Shown here: positions 9,195 to 16,873 of the stretch, in pieces
How the letters are laid out: each line of letters starts with the position of its first letter
How positions within the stretch are numbered: the first letter of the stretch is position 1
From: Bermanella sp.
GTDB lineage: Bacteria > Pseudomonadota > Gammaproteobacteria > Pseudomonadales > Oceanobacteraceae
Direction of reading: 5' to 3'
Assembly (NCBI GenBank): GCA_036960565.1
Contig: JBALXQ010000013.1
Location: 96,051-115,210 of the forward strand
Length of the DNA stretch: 19,160 bases
Program-made: the position numbers and the translations under genes
The notes under the pieces: generated by a model
What the model saw: the letters and a program-made list of their open reading frames with translations, nothing else
What the model was told of the DNA's origin: nothing
Database searches by the model: none

Positions 9195-10043
9195 ATGCTT
9201 AATTGGTGTAGGCAGTTAATTCATCGCCTTTTTTCAAGCTCGGTAATTGATACGCCGCTATTAAAGGGCCAGTGGTCACCAGATTGGAGTGAGTTTTTAA
9301 AAGACACTGTCGCTTTTTATAAGGATTTATCAAATAGCGATCAAGACCTTTTTAATAGGCGTGTCTTTTTATTCTTGCAAACCACCAGTGTGGAGTCTTC
9401 GTACAGTGACGTCACCGATGAAGATAAATTGTTGGTGGCTGCCAGTGCCATTATTCCAGTTTGGGGTTTCATAGATTGGCATTACTTTAATTTAAAGGCG
9501 GTACACCTATTACCGGCATCCTTTAATGACAAGTTTGAATGTTATCAGGCCGACTCGCAAATAACCGGCATGGTGGGCACGGGCGCCATGAATGGCAAGA
9601 TGGCGCTAAGCAAACCGGCGCTTTATCAGGGTTTTAGTAATAGTCGTGATAAACAAAATGTAGGCATTCATGAGTTTGTTCACTTAATTGATATGAGCGA
9701 TGGTGAGTGTGATGGTTACCCTGAACGCTTAAAAGAGTTTTCCTTTTCAATTCCTTGGTTTGAACTGGTCGGGCGAAAAATTAAAGCCATTAAAGACAGC
9801 GACAGTAATATTCGTGAATACGGGGCTACAAATCGCCAAGAGTTTTTTGCGGTGGCGTCAGAATATTTTTTTGAACGCCCAGATATGCTTAGCCGTAAAC
9901 ACCCCAAGCTATATAAATCGCTAAGTGATTTTTACCAACAAGACATTAAAAATATAGGCAATGATATAAAGCCCAAGAAGAAGGCACCTTGCCCATGTGG
10001 CAGTGGTAAGCGTTATAAACATTGTTGTATGCCAGCACGCTAA
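9195..10043 (+). CDS. MtfA-like (peptidase M90 family) HExxH zinc-dependent peptidase with C-terminal SEC-C-type zinc-binding motif
   Basis: IHEFVHLIDMSDGECDGYPE and ...NRQEFFAVASEYFFERPDMLSRKHPKLYKSLSDFYQQD closely resemble the E. coli MtfA core (IHEVAHKLD...ECFAVLSEYFFSAPELF...FYQQD). The extreme C-terminus CPCGSGKRYKHCC is a SEC-C motif. A good RBS (AAAGGA) is present. Confidence 0.7.
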   Translation: MLNWCRQLIHRLFSSSVIDTPLLKGQWSPDWSEFLKDTVAFYKDLSNSDQDLFNRRVFLFLQTTSVESSYSDVTDEDKLLVAASAIIPVWGFIDWHYFNLKAVHLLPASFNDKFECYQADSQITGMVGTGAMNGKMALSKPALYQGFSNSRDKQNVGIHEFVHLIDMSDGECDGYPERLKEFSFSIPWFELVGRKIKAIKDSDSNIREYGATNRQEFFAVASEYFFERPDMLSRKHPKLYKSLSDFYQQDIKNIGNDIKPKKKAPCPCGSGKRYKHCCMPAR

Positions 10044-10077
10044 AAACACCATTTAAAATAAGAAGTGATAAAAAATA

Positions 10078-10611
10078 ATGAACTGCCCACAATGCAAAGG
10101 CTACACCCTAGAGCCCACAGAGATTGAACCCGGTTTAGTGGCGGGCAGTTGCAGTAAATGTAAGGGCAGCTTGTTGTCTTTAATGAATTACCGCTTCTGG
10201 GCGGACAGGCAGGCTTCTGTGGAAAAACCCACCGAACCTATGCCGGTGGCGGAAGATAATCAAAAGGCCCTCGCTTGCCCCAAGTGCACACGCTTAATGA
10301 CCAAGTTTAAAGTGGGCAGCCAAACCACCCACCGAATAGATTTATGCACAGGCTGTGATGAAGCTTGGTTAGATAACGGCGAATGGTCTTTGCTTAAGCA
10401 GTTAGATCTACACGATAAGTTGCCGAAGATATTCACCGATGCCTGGCAGCGCAATATTCGTATTAAACGCCAACAAGATTTTATAGATGATAAGTATCAG
10501 GCTTTACTGGGGCTGGAAGATTTTGAGCGACTATCAAGTTTTAAAAAGTGGTTAGATGAACAGCCGCATAAAGAAGATATTAAGCAATATCTTATCAATA
10601 AGCCCAGTTAA
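10078..10611 (+). CDS. Double zinc-ribbon (zf-TFIIB-like) domain protein
   Basis: The pairs CPQC...CSKC and CPKC...CTGCDEAWLDNGEW match the 'transcription factor zinc-finger' pattern (C-P-x-C...idvC..C.g.WlD.gE). Last gene of the + strand cluster before the bidirectional terminator. Confidence 0.6.
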   Translation: MNCPQCKGYTLEPTEIEPGLVAGSCSKCKGSLLSLMNYRFWADRQASVEKPTEPMPVAEDNQKALACPKCTRLMTKFKVGSQTTHRIDLCTGCDEAWLDNGEWSLLKQLDLHDKLPKIFTDAWQRNIRIKRQQDFIDDKYQALLGLEDFERLSSFKKWLDEQPHKEDIKQYLINKPS

Positions 10612-10641
10612 CAAAACTAGCTAACGTTAAACAGCAGACAT

Positions 10642-10669
10642 AAAAAAACGGCTATTAAGCCGTTTTTTT
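10642..10669. terminator. Bidirectional rho-independent terminator between the convergent zinc-ribbon gene (+) and fdxA (-)
   Basis: Perfect 11-12 bp stem aaaaaaacggc / gccgttttttt with loop tattaa. Both strands get an A/T run on the correct side. Confidence 0.8.
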
Positions 10670-10717
10670 ATGCACAGTATGAAGCGGGCATTAATGCATG
10701 CCCTAATTAAGCGTGGA

Positions 10718-11041
10718 CTATCTTTCCAAGTGCTTAATCTTACCTTCAACACCATCCCACTCTTCGGCGTCGGCAAGTTTCTCTTTCATTTCTGTGATGT
10801 TTGGCCAAATTTCAGCTAGCTCAGCATTTAGCTCGGTAAACTTCTCTTGTCCTGCTGGCACTTCATCTTCGCTGAAGATGGCTTCTGCTGGACATTCTGG
10901 CTCACACAAAGCGCAATCGATGCACTCGTCAGGGTGAATTACCAAAAAGTTAGGGCCTTCGTAGAAACAGTCTACAGGGCACACTTCAACACAGTCTGTG
11001 TATTTACACTTGATGCAGTTATCAATAACAACGAAGGTCAT
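10718..11041 (-). CDS. fdxA: 7Fe ferredoxin (Azotobacter-type ferredoxin I), [3Fe-4S][4Fe-4S]
   Basis: [55 protein letters not shown] is the canonical FdxA cysteine pattern. 107 aa. Conserved convergent neighbour of mutS in many gammaproteobacteria. Confidence 0.9.
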   Translation of the reverse strand: MTFVVIDNCIKCKYTDCVEVCPVDCFYEGPNFLVIHPDECIDCALCEPECPAEAIFSEDEVPAGQEKFTELNAELAEIWPNITEMKEKLADAEEWDGVEGKIKHLER

Positions 11042-11210
11042 GGTCTTTTCTCTGTCTCATCGGCGCTATGATAGCTGCGCTCTGTTTTAATCTTGTGGAC
11101 ACTTTCTGGGCGGCTATTCTAGTGATGCAGCCCAGATTGAGCAAGTGTTTGGCCCAATTCTTAATATAGCGGGCCTTTTAAAAAGGCCGCCAAGGTACCT
11201 GATTTTACCG

Positions 11211-11236
11211 TTTTGTAAAAGGTGCTTTTAAGCACC
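11211..11236 (-). terminator. Probable intrinsic terminator downstream of mutS
   Basis: Stem ggtgct/agcacc (loop ttta) at 11221-11236. On the minus-strand transcript it is followed by UUUUACAAAA (reverse complement of 11211-11220). A second hairpin ggcctttt/aaaaggcc at 11173-11189 lacks a U-tract. Confidence 0.4.
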
Positions 11237-11355
11237 CTAGTACAATTATCTGTGTACTTTATACGCTTTTTATCTATAGCTTTAAAATCGTTTAAAGTAA
11301 TGAATCTAATCTATTTACTGAATTAACGATTATGATCAAAAGTACCTGCTAAAAC

Positions 11356-14052
11356 CTACAGTTTTGCCTTTAGTTCATAGAGTAGTTCAAGTGCTTGGCG
11401 CGGGCTTAAATCATCTGGGCTAATCTCTTTAAGCGCTTCTTCTACTTTAGAAGGTGCCGCCATAGCAAACATATCGCCTTGCGGAGAGAGTGCTTGCGGT
11501 GAAGGTTTAGTTGCCTTAGCGGGCTTCACATCGCTGGCAGGCTCTTCAACTTTTTTAACCACCGCAATAGCTGCCTGTTGCTCAGCCTCAACACTGCCGT
11601 CTTCTAGCATTACCAGTTTAGATTTGGCCTGATCAATTACTTCAGTGGGCACACCCGCTAACTTGGCCACTTGTAAACCATAGCTTTGGCTAGCTGGGCC
11701 TTCTTCCACGTGGTGCATGAAAATAATATGGTCATTGTGTTCGGTGGCGGTAAGGTGAACATTCACCACGTCGTCATCTAAGTCGGCTAACTGGGTCATC
11801 TCAAAATAGTGAGTGGCAAACAAGGTGTAAGCACTCACTTTACTTACTAGGTGCTGAGCACAAGCCCAGGCTAAAGATAAACCATCAAAGGTGCTGGTAC
11901 CGCGGCCCACTTCATCCATTAATACCAGGCTGTGTTCGGTGGCGTTATGCAAGATATTCGCGGTTTCGGTCATTTCCACCATGAAGGTAGAGCGGCCACC
12001 GGCTACATCGTCGCTAGAACCCATGCGGGTAAATATTCGGTCAATCAGGCCAATAGTGGCAGCCTCGGCAGGTACATAACTGCCAATGTGAGCCATTAAC
12101 ACTATGTGCGCGGTTTGACGCATATAGGTCGATTTACCACCCATGTTCGGGCCGGTAATCATTAGCATTTTGCGCTGTGGGTTAAACGCCACATCGTTGG
12201 CCACAAAGGGATCTTCAATTACCGCTTCTACTACCGGGTGGCGACCCTGGGTAATGTTAAAGCCGGTATCGGTATTTAATACTGGGCGCACATAGTTTTG
12301 AGTCACGGCGCGCTCGGCCAAATTCGACAATACATCCAGCTCGCTAATGGCGGCGGCAGTGACTTGTAGATCGGCAATTTGTTGCGCCAAGGCTTCTACA
12401 ATTTCTTCGTAAAGTGCTTTTTCACGGGATAACGCACGGCTCTTGCTAGATAGAGCCTTGTCTTCAAATTCTTTTAATTCAGGGGTAATAAAGCGTTCGG
12501 CGTTTTTAAGCGTTTGCCTGCGTACATATTCAACCGGCGCTTTGTCCGACTGCGCCTTGCTGATCTCAATGAAATAACCGTGCACACGGTTGTAGCCCAC
12601 TTTTAAGGTGCTAATGCCGGTGGCGGCACGTTCGCGGGTTTCTATATCAATTAAGAACTGGCCCGCGTTTTCACTTAAACCGCGTAATTCATCTAGTTCG
12701 CTATCAAAGCCTTCGGCTATTACGCCGCCGTCACGCACCACTACCGGTGGGTTTTCAATAATGGCTTTTTGTAAATTGGCCACGGTTTCTGGGTAGGTGC
12801 TAATTTGCTTGCCCAGCATGGCAACGGGGGCGGCATCTACTTCGTTAATGGCGTTTTGCAAACTTGGCAGAGTAGCCAGTGCATCACGTAGGCGGGCTAA
12901 ATCGCGTGGGCGTGCCGAGCGTAATGCAATGCGGCTTAAGATACGTTCTATGTCACCAATTTGCTTTAACACGCTGTGGATATTTTCATAACCGTAGCTG
13001 TCTATCATGGCGCTAATGGCCAGTTGGCGATCGTTTAACACACTGTGATCGCGCAGCGGCCTATTTAACCAGCGGCGCAATAATCGGCTGCCCATAGAAG
13101 TGGCAGTACGATCTAGCACCCAGGCTAGGGTGAAGTCGCTGTCGCCATTAAGGTTAATGTCTATTTCTAAATTCTTACGGCTGGCCGCATCCATCACGAT
13201 GGAGTCGTCGGCTTGTTCAACCATAATGGTGCGAATATGGGGTAACTCGGTACGCTGGGTTTCTTGTGCGTAGTGAATAAGGCTACCGGCGGCTTCAATG
13301 CCTTGCTGTAAATCTTGGCAACCAAAACCGTGTAAATCTTTAGTTTGAAATTGCTGCGTTAATAGACGGAATGCGGTTTCAAATTCAAACTCCCATGGTG
13401 GCAGCTTCTGGCAACCACTGCGCTCGCTAATGGCGCTTGGGTATTCTTTGTCTTCACTAATAAGTAACTCGGCAGGGCGGAGGCGCTGTAATTCAGCTTC
13501 TAGCGCTTCTTCGCTGGATACTTCCATCATGGTAAAGCGGCCAGAGCTAATGTCTAAACTGGCAATGCCGTGATTTTGTTTTTGGGTGCGGCCATCTATG
13601 TGTGTGCTTACCGCCACCAACAAAGAATCACGCTTTTCGTCTAGAAAGCTCTCATCGGTCAGGGTACCTGGGGTAATAACCCTAACCACTTTGCGCTCAA
13701 CCGGGCCCTTGCTGGTGGCAGGGTCACCTATTTGCTCAACCACCGCCACGCATACACCCATTTTCACAAGCTTGGCAATGTAGCCCTCGGCACTATGATA
13801 CGGAATACCGGCCATGGGAATGGCGTTGCCACCGGTTTTACCACGGGCGGTAAGGGTGATATCCAGTAGGCGGGAGGCTTGTCTGGCGTCGTCATGAAAC
13901 ATTTCATAAAAATCGCCCATGCGATAAAAAACCAAGTGGTTTTTATGCTCGGCCTTAATGCGATTATATTGCTGCATCATGGGCGTCTCTGCGGGTTTAG
14001 CAGATGGTTTAGCGGCCTTTGATTTGTTTGTGGGTTTAGCTACGTTTGTCAT
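11356..14052 (-). CDS. mutS: DNA mismatch repair protein MutS
   Basis: Conserved [14 protein letters not shown]...[11 protein letters not shown] mismatch-binding N-terminus. Walker [22 protein letters not shown]-signature region and the usual C-terminal dimerisation tail. The 898-aa product is longer than typical because of a ~25-aa Lys/Ala/Pro-rich N-terminal extension before the conserved PMMQQY. Confidence 0.95.
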   Translation of the reverse strand: MTNVAKPTNKSKAAKPSAKPAETPMMQQYNRIKAEHKNHLVFYRMGDFYEMFHDDARQASRLLDITLTARGKTGGNAIPMAGIPYHSAEGYIAKLVKMGVCVAVVEQIGDPATSKGPVERKVVRVITPGTLTDESFLDEKRDSLLVAVSTHIDGRTQKQNHGIASLDISSGRFTMMEVSSEEALEAELQRLRPAELLISEDKEYPSAISERSGCQKLPPWEFEFETAFRLLTQQFQTKDLHGFGCQDLQQGIEAAGSLIHYAQETQRTELPHIRTIMVEQADDSIVMDAASRKNLEIDINLNGDSDFTLAWVLDRTATSMGSRLLRRWLNRPLRDHSVLNDRQLAISAMIDSYGYENIHSVLKQIGDIERILSRIALRSARPRDLARLRDALATLPSLQNAINEVDAAPVAMLGKQISTYPETVANLQKAIIENPPVVVRDGGVIAEGFDSELDELRGLSENAGQFLIDIETRERAATGISTLKVGYNRVHGYFIEISKAQSDKAPVEYVRRQTLKNAERFITPELKEFEDKALSSKSRALSREKALYEEIVEALAQQIADLQVTAAAISELDVLSNLAERAVTQNYVRPVLNTDTGFNITQGRHPVVEAVIEDPFVANDVAFNPQRKMLMITGPNMGGKSTYMRQTAHIVLMAHIGSYVPAEAATIGLIDRIFTRMGSSDDVAGGRSTFMVEMTETANILHNATEHSLVLMDEVGRGTSTFDGLSLAWACAQHLVSKVSAYTLFATHYFEMTQLADLDDDVVNVHLTATEHNDHIIFMHHVEEGPASQSYGLQVAKLAGVPTEVIDQAKSKLVMLEDGSVEAEQQAAIAVVKKVEEPASDVKPAKATKPSPQALSPQGDMFAMAAPSKVEEALKEISPDDLSPRQALELLYELKAKL

Positions 14053-14198
14053 GTTAACTCTATATAAATCAAAGGGTTGTGAATGTGGTTGGCATTTAAC
14101 TGTGTGGACAAAGGAATCGCCTGACTAGCTGCCCATTCACTTGGTATTAGGAATGGCGCACAGGATAGCAAAACTCACCTTAAACCACTATCGGGGAT

Positions 14199-14284
14199 GG
14201 CGGATTGTGGCGGGCGTTTTAGGAAATGAGGGCTATGGGAGTGAGGGCGAACGGGTGGAGAGGAGTGAGTGCTTAAATTGAAGA
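14199..14284. repeat. Copy A of a ~85-bp GA-rich direct repeat (tggcggattgtggc...gagggcgaacgggtggagaggagtgagtgcttaaattgaaga), ~90 % identical to copy B at 16491-16581
   Basis: Direct alignment of the two regions. They differ mainly by a short indel (gggcg vs cggaattctaa) and three point differences. Copy A lies between the hipA-like stop and the mutS start. Confidence 0.7.
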
Positions 14285-14387
14285 AGGAAGTAAGACTAAT
14301 AAGCTGCTGAATTCTAACGGGCCAGCTTGCATGGGGCCGCAGGGTCCATGTGGTTGATTATATCTAACCCGGGAGGTTCAGGATCAA

Positions 14388-15890
14388 TTACTCTCGCCGA
14401 TTGTGGTTTGATCCAAAGGGCTTAGTCTGCTTGTGTTTAGAATCAGGGTGATTGGCGGTAGCGCCATGTGTGCGTTTTGATTCAAAGGGCTTAGTCTTCC
14501 TGTTTTCAGGTCCTGGGTAAACAGGGGTAACGCCATGTGAATACTCCTCAAGCCTTTTCACTAAAAGCGTGTGATTGGCAGTTGAGATGTCAGCCAATTT
14601 ACTCACCATTCTAATTTCACTGTCTAAATACAAATCAGCCGATACTTCCTTAATGACAGATAAGATTGAAGACAAAGCTTCATCACAAAACCTTAAATAA
14701 ATTTTCATTAGTTGCCTGCCCCCTAAACCCGTATCTTGAAAATACAGATCAAGGTCGGATCGTTTTATCTCTTGTACACATCGTACTGCCCCAAAATTCA
14801 TGGCCATTAGATGCTCCAACGGATATACCTGCGTTGAGACCAAATCATAGGCGGGCGTGAGTGTTAAGCGGCCGTTGTCTAAATGCAGGAATGAAAAATT
14901 CTTGGCATGGGCATCATCGTTACCGCAAATAATGCTAAAAAATATTCTGAAACCGCATTCTTGCAAATCCTTAATAGGTAACGTGCTCTTGTCTCTAATG
15001 GTGGTAAATAATTCTTTAATTCCGGGTCCAGCTTTATACCCCGGCATTCCGGTATCTGTATTCATTTCATATTTACTGCCAGGGGGAAAACCGCATATTT
15101 GGCAAAGGTCTTCTTGATGAATACGTTCAATATGGCCGCCCGAAATCTTACGGTCGTATCTTTCTACCAATAAGGCAGTGTCTTCATCACCATCGGCGTT
15201 GTGGTAATCCAGTAATGTGACAGGGGCAACCGTTAAACCTGATCGGGCCGCGGCAGTCATGCAAATATACTCATTAATCACAAGGTAGGGGAACTCTTTA
15301 TCGTTACGTGGAGGCTTAATGATATGAGTGGAAGGCTGGTCTAGGGAGTCATAAAAATTTAGGTTTCCATCATCATTTATTTCCACAAATACAGGCAGCT
15401 TAGGCTGGGCCCCGGCCAGACTCATACGCGTTCTATTTGGAGTTCCGTCTTCTTTATGATTTTTATCATTTACGTGAAATGGATTAACTTCAATCTTGTT
15501 AATGAGGTTGCTTAGCTGGGTTTCATTTAGTTTTTTAGATTGGCCTAAAGCCGGTTTTAAATAGTCTTGTGGGAACAATTCAATGGCACCGGCGAAATCC
15601 CCACCCATCACTTCAATTAAACGCTGAATATCCTCTGAGTTTAAACGCAGAATTTTTTCAATTCGCTCCATAACCTTTCCTTCGGGGAAGAGGTTGCTTA
15701 AAAATATGAAGGTTTCTTTATTGTTATAGGCTTCACTTCTAATAGGAAACCGCACAGACAATATAGGTGTGCCTGCCACAGCATTATCAACGTAATCTTT
15801 TGAATATTGGAAGGCCATAGTGGCGTCGTCATTAAACGTTAGTTGCCCTACGTTTTTTGACAGAAGGTAAACATCAAATACAGCACTCAT
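14388..15890 (-). CDS. HipA-like Ser/Thr protein kinase toxin (HipA N-terminal plus catalytic domains) with a repeat-derived C-terminal tail
   Basis: MSLAGAQPKLPVF (HipA P-loop-like motif) and catalytic-loop GNDDAHAKNFSFL (DxHxKN). ~450-aa HipA-sized core plus a ~48-aa tail encoded by a ~65-bp tandem duplication. The start codon overlaps the upstream HTH stop (ATGA). Confidence 0.8.
   Translation of the reverse strand: MSAVFDVYLLSKNVGQLTFNDDATMAFQYSKDYVDNAVAGTPILSVRFPIRSEAYNNKETFIFLSNLFPEGKVMERIEKILRLNSEDIQRLIEVMGGDFAGAIELFPQDYLKPALGQSKKLNETQLSNLINKIEVNPFHVNDKNHKEDGTPNRTRMSLAGAQPKLPVFVEINDDGNLNFYDSLDQPSTHIIKPPRNDKEFPYLVINEYICMTAAARSGLTVAPVTLLDYHNADGDEDTALLVERYDRKISGGHIERIHQEDLCQICGFPPGSKYEMNTDTGMPGYKAGPGIKELFTTIRDKSTLPIKDLQECGFRIFFSIICGNDDAHAKNFSFLHLDNGRLTLTPAYDLVSTQVYPLEHLMAMNFGAVRCVQEIKRSDLDLYFQDTGLGGRQLMKIYLRFCDEALSSILSVIKEVSADLYLDSEIRMVSKLADISTANHTLLVKRLEEYSHGVTPVYPGPENRKTKPFESKRTHGATANHPDSKHKQTKPFGSNHNRRE
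14405..14540. repeat. Imperfect ~65-bp tandem duplication (ttgatYcaaagggcttagtct...gcgccatgtg) inside the 3' end of the HipA-like ORF
   Basis: Two consecutive similar units are read directly. They encode the KTKPFESKRTHG / KQTKPFGSNHNR repeats in the predicted C-terminus. Confidence 0.5.
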
Positions 15891-16294
15891 GTTTTAAACT
15901 CCATTTTCACACCCAGTGTATGCAAGGCGACTAAAACCTTATCTAGCATCAGTGTTGGCTTGTTAGCTTCAAGATTTGATATGAACTTAGTAGAGAGGCC
16001 ACTAAACCCTGCAAGTGATGCCTGTGTAAAGCCGAGAACCGACCTGCTTTCTTTTACTAATTTACCAAGGTCAATATCTTTGCTGATAGGGTGCAAACGA
16101 ATACCAAGGGTAGAGGTAAGGGCTAAAACTTTATCGAGTTGAACACTTGTTTTACCGCATTCAAATTGCGAGATAAATTTTACGCTTACATTTGCATACA
16201 TTGATACGGTGGCCTGATCTAAACCCAGCTCCTTTCTCCTTTGATTGCAAAGCAACCCTAGATAGCTGGCATCATGTGTTTGTTCAAAAAACAT
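15887..16294 (-). CDS. Tandem-XRE (two helix-turn-helix domains) transcriptional regulator, HipB-like antitoxin partner
   Basis: Two XRE-type HTH units: LGLDQATVSMYANVSVKFISQFECGKTSVQLDKVLALTSTLGIRL and LGFTQASLAGFSGLSTKFISNLEANKPTLMLDKVLVALHTLGVKM. ATG at 16294 is preceded by GAGGGA. The longer track ORF to 16381 would be read through the operator repeats and is rejected. The stop overlaps the hipA-like ATG. Confidence 0.7.
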   Translation of the reverse strand: MFFEQTHDASYLGLLCNQRRKELGLDQATVSMYANVSVKFISQFECGKTSVQLDKVLALTSTLGIRLHPISKDIDLGKLVKESRSVLGFTQASLAGFSGLSTKFISNLEANKPTLMLDKVLVALHTLGVKMEFKT

Positions 16295-16317
16295 AAATCC
16301 CTCAATAGGCGTTAGTT

Positions 16318-16490
16318 TTACCGTACGGACATATCTTACACATAATAGCTGGAGTTGGCAGGGGTTTAACCGTACGTACATATCTTATATTAAATAGAGC
16401 GAATTTGATGTGAATATAACCGTACGTACATATTTTGTATGAAATAGGGAGGTATGGAGCTGATTTTACCGTACGGACATATTATCGGGT
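16318..16490. promoter_or_regulatory. Array of four ~20-bp direct repeats (TWACCGTACGKACATATYTT) spaced 49-50 bp, covering the promoter and 5' region of the HTH/HipA-like operon
   Basis: The CCGTACG cores start at 16321, 16370, 16420 and 16469. Each contains a CCGTACGG or GTACGTAC palindromic core. The first unit lies ~27 bp upstream of the HTH start codon. Probable operators for the tandem-HTH repressor. Confidence 0.55.
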
Positions 16491-16581
16491 TGGCGGATTG
16501 TGGCCGGAATTCTAATTAGGAAATGAGGGTTATGAGAGTGAGGGCGAACGGGTGGAGAGGAGTGAGTGCTTAAATTGAAGA
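16491..16581. repeat. Copy B of the ~85-bp GA-rich direct repeat (see 14199-14284)
   Basis: Direct alignment with copy A. It lies just outside the operator array and ~280 bp upstream of the HIT gene. Confidence 0.7.
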
Positions 16582-16873
16582 CGCAATGGCGCAATGACGC
16601 TAAGGGGTGGTGTTAAGTGTTGGCGTTAAATGGTGGCGTGTTGAGTGGGCGCTGCCCTTGATTTAGGTCATTACCTTAATGTTAAGAACGGTAAATCCCA
16701 CATGGAAGAGTTGGAGAAATAGCATACAAGTCTGTATAAAGGTGTGGATTTGGGAAAACGTACCAGTTTTGGGCGATTTTTCTTCGGTATTCAATATTAA
16801 GTATCAGGCCAAAATGAACGGCGCTGCTCTGCTTAAACACGAGTGGTTTGCTTAGGTTGGAGTGGTTGGGTAC

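Noticed and set aside
9716-10454. Antisense ORFs 9716..9907 and 10260..10454
   Set aside because: Embedded in well-supported + strand genes (the M90 peptidase and the zinc-ribbon protein). No independent support.
10713-11071. Two + strand 74-aa ORFs overlapping fdxA
   Set aside because: Antisense to an unmistakable ferredoxin gene. Ser/Ala-rich low-complexity products.
11891-13783. Four 62-65-aa + strand ORFs inside mutS
   Set aside because: Antisense shadows of the mutS coding region.
14053-14400. Looked for a tRNA or tmRNA gene as an integration target next to the repeat-flanked cassette
   Set aside because: No T-loop (GTTCGAATC-like) or acceptor-stem pattern was found by eye here or near 16490-16860. 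Insertion at a tRNA is not supported by what can be seen.
14666-15117. + strand ORFs 14666..14860 and 14857..15117
   Set aside because: Antisense to the HipA-like gene. No motifs.
15960-16142. 60-aa + strand ORF
   Set aside because: Antisense within the tandem-HTH gene.
16295-16381. N-terminal 29 codons of the track ORF 15887..16381 (MYVRLNPCQLQLLCVRYVRTVKLTPIEGF)
   Set aside because: This stretch is the translation of the CCGTACG operator repeats. It has no RBS. The Met at 16294 has GAGGGA upstream and begins exactly at the first HTH domain.
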